From assembly GCF_037042905.1 (NCBI RefSeq), contig NC_087251.1, positions 40,550,001-40,614,000 of the forward strand: 64,000 nucleotides of DNA, read 5' to 3'. A model generated the notes under the pieces. The model saw only the letters and a program-made list of their open reading frames with translations, was not told the origin of the DNA and did not search any database. Within the stretch, counting starts at the first letter, position 1. The number at the start of each line of letters is the position of its first letter. Positions 1 through 13,000 of the stretch are shown here, in pieces. The stretch is from Lytechinus pictus (lineage: Eukaryota). The position numbers and the translations under genes are program-made.

Positions 1-189
1 CACACCAGAGAAGTGTTAAACAACACCAGATTGGTTTTGGTCTAACACCAGATATGAGTTTATCCAACACCAATTAGTATTAAAACAGCATCGGTTTGAT
101 TCCAAACTGGTGTTATTTCAATACTTCTCTGGTGTGGACAGATATAGATTCCGGGCTGGTGTTAAATCAACACCGGGGTTTTTGCAGTG
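1..189. mobile_element. CACTG-terminated MITE (partial), family shared with 6758 and 25794
   Basis: Ends ...gtttttgcagtg|ta; near-identical to the other two copies. Confidence 0.85.
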
Positions 190-935
190 TAGGTATACAC
201 TGTAAAAAATATTGGGTAAAATTTTAACCAGCACGAGGATGATTAAGTGTCCAAACAATTTGGGGCAGTATTTTACCCAATTGCGAGAAGCATATTGTCC
301 AGTAAGGTTAAAAAATAAGCAGCAATTACTTTAGAATGGGCAAAATTTTCATCAAGCTGGATACATAAAAATGCCCAAAAAGAAATACCCAATGTTGGTT
401 GGACACATAAATACCCTCATGGAGCATCTTTTATCCAATATTCGATCGGCAAAGCAGCGTTCCGCTGGTACAATTTCTTTAGGAAACATTTTACGTCTAA
501 GTTAATCAGTCATAATGGCTGACGTTATAGATGAGACGACAGAAATTACTCTCATGCCTTTTCGGTTAAAGTGTAGATAATGGCCGAGCGGGGATTCGAA
601 CTTATAACCTCACAATCATGAGTCCAATAGACCACATGGCCATTATTTTGGGAAGCACTTTAAGTGAACGCATGGAAGAGGCAATAGTATAAAACAACAT
701 CTGGATCGGAATGGAATAAAACTGATGAATGCCTCAATTTTTCTCGATCCATCAGCTGATTTTTTTCCACCCTTTAATTTCATGTAATTCGTTCAATTTT
801 CAAGAGATGTTAACTTCGATAAATTGACCAAATAACGAAACAAAGAAGTTCCCCTAATAATATCACAATGGTTTACAAACACGTTAATGTTGAACTGAAA
901 GGTTAATAAAAGGATAGAAATTATGGATGACTTAC

Positions 936-1073
936 GTAAGTACACATAGGTATTCCGGCAATACAGAAGAACAAGCAGACAAAGATACAGAAGATTTCAC
1001 GTCGGTGTCCTTTCAGGAGCGTGTTAGGAAACAAGTCCACGATAGTAGCCACGAAGCCTTCTACACCAACAAA
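936..1073 (-). CDS. SLC6 coding exon 9 (end of TM8, TM9)
   Basis: gcattag|TTT GTT; encodes [46 protein letters not shown]; donor TAC|gtaagt; 138 nt. Confidence 0.95.
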
Positions 1074-4000
1074 CTAATGCAATAAAAAAAATGTAGATGA
1101 AAATATATGACGATAATGATATAAAATTCCCCCTTCATAAAAATGATTGTCACCTTTGGATCAACTTGGCAACATCTGCAATTTTACTTTCCGGCTTTAA
1201 AATAATTCTTGTTAGTAGGCCTATGTTTGATGTGTTAAAGATCGTGTAAGGAATGAATATTCAATATCCTTATAAAGCTAGATCAAGCATTTGATGTTGT
1301 TTGTCGTTATATCACAGATGAATGCACATGCAGATATTCGAAATGAAAATGCGAACAATTTGGGGTCATTTTCAATTTTGTCATAAAATTTCATGCTCAA
1401 CAACCATGACAACTTACACAGCACCATGCTGGATGCTGCTGAGTAGGGCCATCCTCCCGTTTTCTATTTATCAATTCACATGTATCATTTTATATGTATT
1501 GTTATCTGTTTTTTTAACGGAAATAAATTCAAATCAATTCAATTGTCCAAATAACGGCTCAAATCCATTCACGATTTGAACCTATAGCAGTAAGAAATGA
1601 TTTTCGATAGGAGCTCGAGAAACCATCACAAGTGGAGCACCTCTGACAGTCTCGCCTGCATTACGCGATTCAATATGGTAGTAGTGCTGACTTTGAAATC
1701 GACAATAATTATTCACAAATAACACCACTCAAATAATAATAAAATACTTTGTTCAATGACCCTAAATGACATTTGACCTTAACCTAAGACTTGAGCAAAA
1801 TGATCAGTGATACTTGTTTACCCTTATGTCCACATTTCATACACTGTATCCACAAACTTTTAAAGTTATGATGGCAATTAAAAAAATACCCCCAATTTGG
1901 CCAAAGTTCATTGACCTTAAATGAACTTTCACCATGGTCATGCTACCTGAAACTCGTGCAGGATGTTCACTGATACTTGATGTCCAAGTTTAAACGTTCA
2001 AAGTTATGATGGCAATAAAAAAAAACAATTTGGCCAAAGTTCATTGACCTTAATGAACTTTGACCTTGGTCTAGAATGTTCAGTAATACTTGATTACCCT
2101 TATGTCCAAGTTTGATGAACTAGGTCCATATACTTTCTAAGTTATGATGACATTAAAAAAAAACTTAACCTTTGGTTAAGATTTCGATGTTGATTCCCCC
2201 ACATGGTCTAAGTTCATTGACCCTAAATGACCTTTGACCTTGGTCATGTGACCTGAAACTCGGGCAAGATGTTCAGTAATACTTGATTATCCTTGTCAGT
2301 TTTTAGTAATGTCTCAATTTGTTATGACTTTCTTTGTTTCATCTTGTAAATCGATGATATAGATATAATTTACCGATTGAGGGCGTATTGCTATTATGTC
2401 TGGTCATGGGAAGGGTGTCGCTTGCCCATAGTTGTTGTTTAATTTCTTTAATTTGGTGATACGAGCCCAATGACGTGAGTATTATTTGTTTATCTTAAAG
2501 TTTATTAGTTATGTTATCAGATAAGCAGAGTGGCATGCTGTAATATGGTATTTAAGTTTAGGAATTGTGTCAAAGTTATGTAGGCCGAGTGAATTTGTTC
2601 AAATGAAAACGCCGCTTACGTGTACATGCATGCATTACATAATGGAAAGCGTACAGTCGTACGTGGCGTAGTTGTGTATGAAAGGCAAGCAACTTGAATT
2701 TGGCGCCTTCAGGCGCGTGAGGAATGCATTGTTATTTACTACGTTAACATTTGAAAGAAGTAAACATTTTAAAGACTTATTTAATTGATTTGCATTAAGA
2801 AAGATGTTTGACAAGAAAGGTGAATTTGACATTCAGTATTAATAGTAATTGATATGACCTTGAAGCATATCAAGGTCACTCTTAGTTGTCGAATAGATTT
2901 GCAAGTTGAAGTGCAAGTCAACATTTACTTGTTTTTGTTTTGGAAATCTGATACAATAGATATATTATTTCTATATGGCATGTTTATGCTCAAGTCCGTT
3001 TACAGTCAATATCAAAATTGCAGATTGAACCGATCACACTGTCTGCATGCATACCGACATGGATGACTAGTGGTGGTCTGATTCTTGGGTCTTTTTTGTT
3101 TGACGTTATCACACGCCACAATCCTTATGTCTAAGTTTCATGAACTAGGTTCGTATACTTAATAAGTTATGATGCCAATTCAGTAGCCAAAGTTTATTGA
3201 CCCTAAGTGACCTCTGACCTTGGTCATGTGGCCTGAAACTCAGGCAGGATGTTCAGTAATATTTGATTACCCTTACGTTGAAGTTTCATTAACTAGGGCC
3301 ATATACTTTCTAAGTTATGATGGTATTTCAAAAACTTAACCTTAATTCGGTTAAAATTTCAACGTTGACGCCGCCGCCGGCGTCGAAAAGTGGCGCCTAT
3401 GGTCTCGCTCTGCTTTACAAACGAGACAATGTCCATGAATGAAATACACGAGCAAATTGATTTATAGAGGATCAATGACTAAATTGTATGAAGTCACAAG
3501 TCATACACAAGATTTAACAAAATATGTCATAAATGAACTAAAAATTACATGGTTTACAATTAAAAAAAAAATCTTCAAATCTCAAATCTGCAACTTCTGT
3601 CAGCATTCTTTTATTATAATTTACGGATAAACAGATTAACGGTTTATCCGTAAATCATAACAAGAGAAGGGGGGCAGACGTAGCAGATTTGAAGAAGTTA
3701 TACCTCGTTCCCACATTCCGATTTGTTACGACCGCTACAATTGGCCCTTCGTAAAAAAAATTGAACCATGCATTTTTTTTCTAGGATCATTACGATTTCC
3801 ACGAGTGATCCGAATCTGATACGATCTGATATGATCACTACGATTACATATTCCGTATAGTTAAAGATTACAACAACGCACATACAAACAAAATGGTGAT
3901 CAGAACTCAGAAGAGGGGAATGTCCTATTAACTGTACATTAGATTTTTCGAATTGAACGCCCAATTATGGTTAAATAGGACCATGGACCCACTACTACTA

Positions 4001-7000
4001 CTGTAGTAGGTCCATGATAGGACAAACTTTAACAAATATTCCTTGTGAAAAAATTAAATTGCTGTAAACATTCAACCTGGCACAAGTTCCAGGCAAACCT
4101 GATACCTTTGTAAACTGATACTAAGTTTTCAAGTTATTTATTAAGTACTTTTTTCTCTTTGTCTCCATCGTCGACGTCCCATACCACTCCACTACGGGTT
4201 CATACACGTCGGAATCTTTAACAATGACGTCACGAAGCCCCCAAATTCTCTGACAGTTTAAATGATGAATAACACATCTAAACAAACTGACAAGACTGAG
4301 ATGAACGATTAGTCCCCTGTTATCAATGAAAATACATGCTCATAAAAGAGAGATTAATCGCGAACATGACATGGATGTCCCCATAGAGTTACTTATCAAT
4401 TAATATTAAAAAAAAAACACGCAGCACTTCACCCACTGGTCAATGGAAACGATCCATTTTAATGACAGATAAAATATTTCTTTCTTCCTTTCTGAGCACA
4501 ATGCCTCCCTTTATATATTTAAAAAGATAATGAAGCCATTACTTATAGGCTAACAAATCGCTTCTCATTTTGAATTATTCATTACATTTACCCACCCCAA
4601 GCTCATTTTAACACCAATAACGTTTTCATTTTTCACTCGACCTTCATTTTTATCCCACTGCATCATTTACAAATAGCTTGTGGATATATACTTCACACCA
4701 ACAATCCATCTCTTAAACACTTGGGATCCAATATATTCTCTCATCTATCCACCTAAGTCATAGATGTCACATTTGGAGCCGATTATTTTTTCGAAAACCT
4801 CACTACAAAACCAACATGCCTTCATCCTCAAAATCCAAGTTCTTTTTTTATCTCTCAGTCTTTGAAATATTATTCGACATTATGAATATGAACAAAGGAT
4901 TTTTGTTGGAAAAAAGAAGGTGCAGACCACTAACTTGAAAATAAAGTCTGAGGTTCGATCCTCGGCCAAAAACAAACCACATTCAAATATCTTAAAACCA
5001 GACTTACTCCCCCTATATAACCAATGCAAGCATAAGAACTTAGAGGGATGAATTAAATGAACCCCCTTATTTAAGGACGTCAATGCTTGAGCAAGGCTAC
5101 TAACTATTGATCAGCTAGACACCACCCTCTCAATGGAAAATTAATGAACTTTTATAATGTTTTCTCTTGAAATGAATTGAATTGAATTCATTGGCTATTG
5201 TATTGGCTTCTCAACATCAAGAAAAAAAAAACAGTGATCGGAATACAAAATGGCGGACAATGAGTATGACCCAAAACCACGCTGAAATGGTGCAATGAGA
5301 ACACCTCTATAGGGGGTAATACTTTAATACACCTTTGGCGAACTTCTTCCACACTTTGTGTCCATAAATTGTGTGCTCAAGATTCGAGAACATAGCATTT
5401 GGAAAAAATATTGGGTTTATACAATTCCCTTCCCATCGGAACTGATAAATTATTCAACAAAGCAATAACTGAAGAGTGGAATTGACATCAATTACGGGAA
5501 TATGTTGCGGAAAGGCATCCCCATAGACCCAATATAGCTAACTCATATTCTACATTCTATCCCCCTTCTATGAAATTCATATTTATCACAATCAATTTTT
5601 TCATAATAGGGGCGATTCCATGCTAGAAAAATCAGCCATTTTCACAACATTTTTCAACCTGCTGTCCAAACGAACGAAGAACTTCAATTTGCTTTGTGGT
5701 AATATTAAAGTCCTTCTGGGTAGACATGCAAAACTGACAACCATCAAAAAGATGTTGTCCATACGTGAATTAGAGCTTAAAATGTTGCGTGTCGTACGGG
5801 ACATCTCTACGTCCCGTACGACACACAACATTTTCACCTATCATTTACCCATAATCATTTTTTTTGTGTTGGTTATTAGTTTTTCACATGACTACCCAAT
5901 ATAGCTTTATCACTGACAAAAAATAATATTTTATTGCTCAAGCATTCGGCTTAGAAACTAGAAATCGTTGTCAAAATGTCCCGTACGACACGTATGGAAT
6001 CGCCCATAGAGTTTCATGTTCTGCGCTATTTTATTCCGATATCGCCTGAATACTCATCAGAGCTTATAATTTTCGCTCCTGCTTTCCAATGTTTGATTCT
6101 GCCTTCTGAATTTCTGATCATTTTCAGCATATTTGAGAGAAGTACGTGTCAAAGGGTGGCTGATTCATTCCCTTATCATTTTAGTGTTAAATGTCTAATG
6201 CAAGATACTCCTCCACCTCTAATAAGTCTTACACTCACTCTAAAAAGACAAAGTAAAATTTTACCCAATACTGAGTAGAAAGGGAACATGCATGTTCGCT
6301 GGGTATTTTTTTAACCCCATATCAGGCTAAATGCATGTTTTAAGGGTAAATTTCAACGCAACATTGCATACAATTTACAAACTATTTGGTATCTTTTTAC
6401 CCAACAAGCATGCATGTTCCCATTTTACCCAATATTGGGTATACTTTTTTAGAGTGTTTCTTTCTTACTTTCTCAAAAGAAAAATATAGTCAAGCAACAA
6501 ATGAGTTGTCAATCCAATAGAGACCTATTTAAACCCTCTCTTCAAACAAAAATGGGAGGAAGGGGGCACTACAACTCAGATTACTAAATGTGCTGTGTCA
6601 AAATGGGAACAAGGATGTCCCCTGTGCCCCTCCCCCCACCCTTTCCCCGAACCCACTGAAATCACCGCGTGTGAAACATTCAGCATCACAAAAAAACAGG
6701 AAACTTCGAAAGTACACTTACATTACACAGACAAATAAATATACTTTGCCAAATATACACTGCGAAAACTCAAGTATTGATTTAAGACCAGCCCGGAATC
6801 TCTATATGTCCACACCAGAGAAGTATTGAAACACCAGTTTGGAATCAAACTTATGCTGTTTTAATACTAAATGGTGTTGTGTAAACACCTATCTGGTGTT
6901 GGACCAAAACGAAACTGGTGTTGTTTAACACTTCTCTGGTGTGGACATATGTAGATTCTGGGCCGGTGTTTAATCAACACCAGAGTTTTTGCAGTGTAGC

Positions 7001-10000
7001 ACACCTTTCCCGCAAGGGAAAAAAAACCGAGGCACAAAATACTAGTACATTCTTACCTGACTGTCTATACCCAGGACTAGAAGACAGAGAAAGAAGAGTA
7101 CAGCCCAAAGAGTAGAAGCCGGCATCTGTGTTATAGCTTCAGGATATGCAATGAAGGCCAGTCCGGGTCCTATAATACAGGGAGATTATTATAGACGAGA
7201 GTTATGGAGACAATCTCAACATCACATTGTTTACAGAATATAGCCAATTGTATTGGCACGATGAATGTGGCACGACTAGACAACATGATTTAGATTTAGA
7301 TTTAGATTTTATTTCCGTTCAACAATTTTTTCAAAATATAATCAAAGTAACAATACATATTCAATATAATCGATAATACAGACAAATCAATTCAAATGTT
7401 GAATATAAATTAAACAAAACTACAATTTGTTGCAGTAATATTATCAATGAAAAGAAACAAGAAATGAACGGAGGGACTTGCCAAGAAAAGCAAAAGCTTG
7501 TAGAGAAGGCAAGCCCCTAAACTTAGTTTCAATACTAATTATAAACAAACTATATATACAACTCTATACAAAAATCGAGACGGACACAGAAGACAAACTT
7601 AAAACAAGTAATCCACAAATATCAAAATAAAACGAATAAGCGACAACAAAAATAAGAGAAAGTAATTCAAATAATAATAATTACAGTGGTAACACACACA
7701 AAAAAAAAGTACTTACAAAATCATAATAGGGAGGGAAAAGTGGCAAAGCAAAGAAAGAGGGAGATAAGGGAGGTGCAAATAAAAAGTGCAAATGAAATAA
7801 GGAACATGGCAGGTGCACAGGTCGTAATGTATTGTATCATGTTGTAGTGTTGTTTTTTTTTTTTATAAGTAAAGTTTGACAAATTTATTGGCAGTTAAAG
7901 GTTAAGTTATTATGTAGTTTTAGTTTAGGTTATGTGTTAGCTTGACTTGTTGGTGTGGAGTATTGACAAATGAGCATCTTTTTAAGTTTGCGTTTAAAAA
8001 TATTAAGGTTTGTAGATTCTTTGAAGTCGTTAGGCAGGGAATTCCAATACACAGGTCCAAAAAAGATAAAAGAGTTTTTCGCTAATATAGTACGGGTAGG
8101 GGGTAGGTGATAACAATTACGTTGTCTCGTTGGGTAATCGTGTATAGAGGAGTTTTTACAGAACATATTTGAACAAATTGTTGGGAGATCATCTTTGTTT
8201 AGTTTATACATAAATTGGGCGAGTTGGAAAAGATATTAATCACTCACTTTAAGAATATTATTTTGGAAGAATAGTATATCTGTGTGTGATCTGAATTGGG
8301 TTTGAAAAATTATTCTAAGAGCCTTCTTCTGCAGCAACAGTATTCTTTGTAATTGTGTTTGGATCGCACAACCCCATGGGCTATTCCACGGTTATTCACG
8401 TTACATTTGGAGACACCTTGACTCATACTTGGAGCTGTAACTCCATTATTATTGATAGGAACTAAACATCTCTTTAATACAACATAGTACGCAGTCTGAC
8501 TATCCTTTGTATAAAAACAAAACTTGGGAAATTTCATTATGCTCCTGGCAAATCTTTGAAATGTGTCGGTTACTCATGTTACATGATTTGGGCATAAAAT
8601 GAAAAGTGGACATAAGTGAAAAGTGTCCTCATGCAAGGCTTTTATGAAAGTTGATTATATCCATTTCAAAGAAGTATATTAGGGAGACAAATTTGTATAT
8701 AATTAAAAAAATAAAGAACACATGGTTTTTACTAGGGGTGCAGATAAAGTGGTTACTCACGTTACGGTTCAGATGGGCTATATGTACAAATACACATTGA
8801 GCTCATGTCCACCAACCTATGGAATTGCCCCCATGCCAAAATGCCATAATTAATGTATGGTAATATTAATGTATAATACAGTGTAAGTAAAGTGTGAGAT
8901 GGGAGAAAATATTTGAGTTTGTTGATAATTCCGATGTTTCTTGAAATTGTTTTGCATGTATTATTGATGTGTGGTTTCCATGATAGCTTATTATCAATAG
9001 TAACCCCCAAAAATCTTGTCTCTGAAACATTTTCAAGAACAGTATTATCAAATATTATGTTATCAGGTATTGTATTTATTCTGTTACTAAAAAGCATAAA
9101 ATTCGTCTTTTGTAAGTTAAGTGATAGTTTATTTGCCTTAATCCAGTCAGTGACATGTATAAGTTCTGAGTTTACAATTCTTACAAGTTGGTTTACGTTA
9201 TCATGAGAAAAGAAAATGTTCGAATCGTCAGCAAACAATACAAATGTTAGTAAATTTGTACTTTTTTTAATGTCATTAATATATGTAATAAAAATAAGAG
9301 GACCAAGTAAACTACCCTGTGGTACTCCACATGTAATAGGAAGAGTAGAAGAAACAACGTTGTTGACTGACACAAATTGAGACCTGTCTGTTAGGTAGCT
9401 CTTGAACCACTCCAAGGCCTTCCCCCTGATACCATAAAAAGAAAGTTTATGAATAAGTATATCGTGGTTAATGGTATCGAAGGCCTTGGAGAAGTCCAGG
9501 AAAATACCAACAGTATGACAACCTTTATCTATGGAATAAGTAATTTTATTAATAAAAGTCAAAATTGCATGCGAGGTGCTATGATTTTCGCGGAAACCAA
9601 ATTGCGAGTTCGAAAAAGTATTGAATTTATTAAAGAACGTAATTGTACGAGTATGTATAAGTTTTTCGAGAATTTTAGATAACGAAGTGAGCAATGAAAT
9701 AGGACGGTAATTAGAAACAAGTTGATTATCACCTATTTTGTAAAGGGGGATGACTTTGGCTATTTTCATTAGGTTAGGTACCTTCCCTGTGTTCATAGAA
9801 ACATTAAATATGTGGACCAGAGGATCGACGATAGTTAAAATAATTTTCTGAAGTATGAAGTTAGGAATACCATCGAAACCTGGGCTCTTTTTGGTCTGTA
9901 GATTATTAACAATATTAATAATTTATCTTGTGTTCGTAGGATTAAAAAATATAGAGTTTGGATTTGGGTTGTCAAGAAAACTGTTGAAAGATTTATGAGT

Positions 10001-13000
10001 TTGAGGGACTTTGCTTGCCAGATTGTTGCCAATGTTTGAAAAATATGAATTAAATTCTTGTGCTATTGAGATGTTGTCGTCGGTAGTTGTATTGTTTACT
10101 TTTATTTTTGAACATGGACTCATATCCTTATGTCAGATTAATTTCTGAATTAAATATGGTAAACTAAACAAGCTTACCGATAAAAGATTTATTCAAAGTA
10201 ATATAGAGGGCAAACATTAAAAAAACACGATTGGGTTTATAACATTTAACAGAAATTAAGAAGATGTACACATTTGATGATGTTGTTCGTTTACAGGGGA
10301 CGATCCAGTTTTCGCTTGTATAGTAGGGGGTGCAGACAAATGTTTTCATCCACATTTTCCTTTATATGTATTTACATAAACAACCACTTTTTCAATTTCA
10401 CACCTGAGCCGATTAAGGTCGGCAAGGTAATCAGGATTAATCTATCATGGTCGGCATCTAGTCTGCTGGGCAAACCCTTCGCTCGAGTTAAGGGTCTGAA
10501 TGTGCAGCCTACTCATGTCTTGTGTACTGAAGGCTCTCTCGCGAAGGCAAGTTTTGTATGTGCTAGTCTTTGCGTGGAGGCACACTTGTTGATCAAAGTT
10601 CCAATGAGGGTCTGTGCCTGCAGACTAGTCGGCATCAGTCTACCCCCACATAACAACCTACTCACATTGTCGACAATCCCGATCAAGGTCGATTAACCCC
10701 GATCACTTGCCGAGCTCGACCGACCCTTGCCGAATATCTTGATCGGCAACGCACGTGAGCACCGAAATGTGGATTTGTGCGCTATATCATTATCATTTTC
10801 TTGTTACAAGAGTGACGAAAATGAACCTCATCTATCATCAAAATCTCCAAATTAACAGAAGGAACAAGGGCATTGGTGTTACTGCCATACATTACCTATT
10901 TAAAAAAAATAAGTCGGCTTCTTATTAGAATTGGGTAAAAATAAAACTGTTCTAACCACCCAAGCCTTCTCTTCCCAAAAGAAACACAAAGGACACTATG
11001 TTACATGAAATTGAACATGGAACTGAACTACATCCATGCGCTCTGCTCATGTACCAGTATTCGGTAATACATACGACACGGTGACTCTTGAAAGGTTAAA
11101 GGTCGTTTTCAATAATATCATTTCGGATTTCAGGATGAAACAAACAAATCCAAACCTGATAACCTCCTACTCCATCAGGTTTATCAAATCATTTTTAGTG
11201 AACCACGGAAGAGCTTATGAGGGTTGCTCAAATCAATTTGTCATACTCATTTTACATTACAAATCGCAGATCTTAACATATTTCAGACCCGGACTTGTAA
11301 GCTATTGCGGTAACTTGAATTGATATAATTTCTCCTCGCGAAAATTCCCCTCCTACAACACAAGACACTTACACGACTTGTTACTTTTAATTCATCACTA
11401 TACTACACTATAAATCGATAGTTGAATGATGCCCACCATCACCCTGATTGAGTTTACTATAATCTGAGATCCTGAGAAGACTCTTCCTCTCTTTTTTCAT
11501 GTGCAAACAGCTTCTTGATCCGTTTTACATTTACTGCGATTGTCTATTCGATCTTCTCCCCCTCTCCATTTCGGAGTGAATTATGATTGCAAACATGGAG
11601 AAGAGGCGGGTGACATGCCCATCTCGAGATAAATCATTTTGCATTATATCCATTTCCCTTTAAAAAGTCTTTCCCATGGATTCTCATATAATCCTTGGAC
11701 CCGGCACTAGATATGGCTAAATAAATGTAGCCGTGACAGCCCATCGCTTGGTGTGTTTGATCTACGATTGGATGTCGTGTTCGCAGGAAACTCTGTCGCT
11801 GTTCAACGATCACGCGCGTACTATGCGAGACCATCGATTGATTCGAACGAAATACGATCGTCTAGAGCAGTGCAGTCGCTCCTTCTTTTTCAATGAGGGG
11901 TATATATCGCTTGAAAAATAAGACATAATTTAGACATGAAACTCGAGCGGACATCGGACACCGTCAGATAAAAGACGAGAGTTAAAAGCTCTTACTTGAT
12001 ACGTTATGATCCTCTTCATACACACTGGGAAGATTATTCTAATATGTTGTGGCTTTAAAAACTTCTCGATCTCCAGAGCAAATTTGATTGTTAAACATAA
12101 TTATCTTCGATCAGATTATTTATTCATTCAGTTTCACATTTACCTATTTGTGATTTTGTATGAAATTATTTGAAAGAGAAAAAGCTACTGGCCGATCGAA
12201 GCAAATTTTCCAAGTTAAAATACTTGAAAAAAAAAACAAATCTATTAAAAAAATATATATCATGACAATGCGCGTCCAGAAGTCACAAAAGAATGAAGAA
12301 CTTGCAAGTTGTCAGATTACTGAGGGGAATCAATAATTCATTACATCTGCTCCTTTAATAATGTTGGGTGCATATTTTGGTAAATAGCTGGTATAACATT
12401 TACTGATTAAGACGGATTTTCTGAATATCCATGTTCTCTTGAGCTATTTTCATGTGGTATAATGGTCGTTACATAAACGATCAGCAAGAATTACCCATAA
12501 TGCCAGAGTAATGGTTTATCGGTATTTCCACGACCTACGCCAAACAGAAACTCAGTTGTGCTGACTGATGAAAGAGTACATACATTTGCTTCTGCGTGCA
12601 GTGCCGGTGTAGCGGCAGATCTGATTCCACCGGCGAATATCCGCCGGCAGGTATCCTCCTTAACCGTTAACGGTAGATATCGTTCTTTACTCGAAACCAT
12701 AATATCTGCCGCGTTGCCACTTTGATTTTATCATTCATTTATGGTTCATTGTATCTTATACCTACCAATAATTTATTCATATACATTTCTATCATTTACT
12801 CTTTTTTTTTGGAAGGGTAGTCACGGCGGAGAATGGTATGTAAGATCATGATGTCTACCAAGAACTTGGATCTCGCTCTGTTTTCGCAATCAGAAACACA
12901 AGTAGGTCCATGGTCTAATTGATACCTTTGGATAGCAGCAGCACGAAAAATTGACACCTCACAAATCCGAAATTTAAGGGAAAATATGTAATAAACACAT

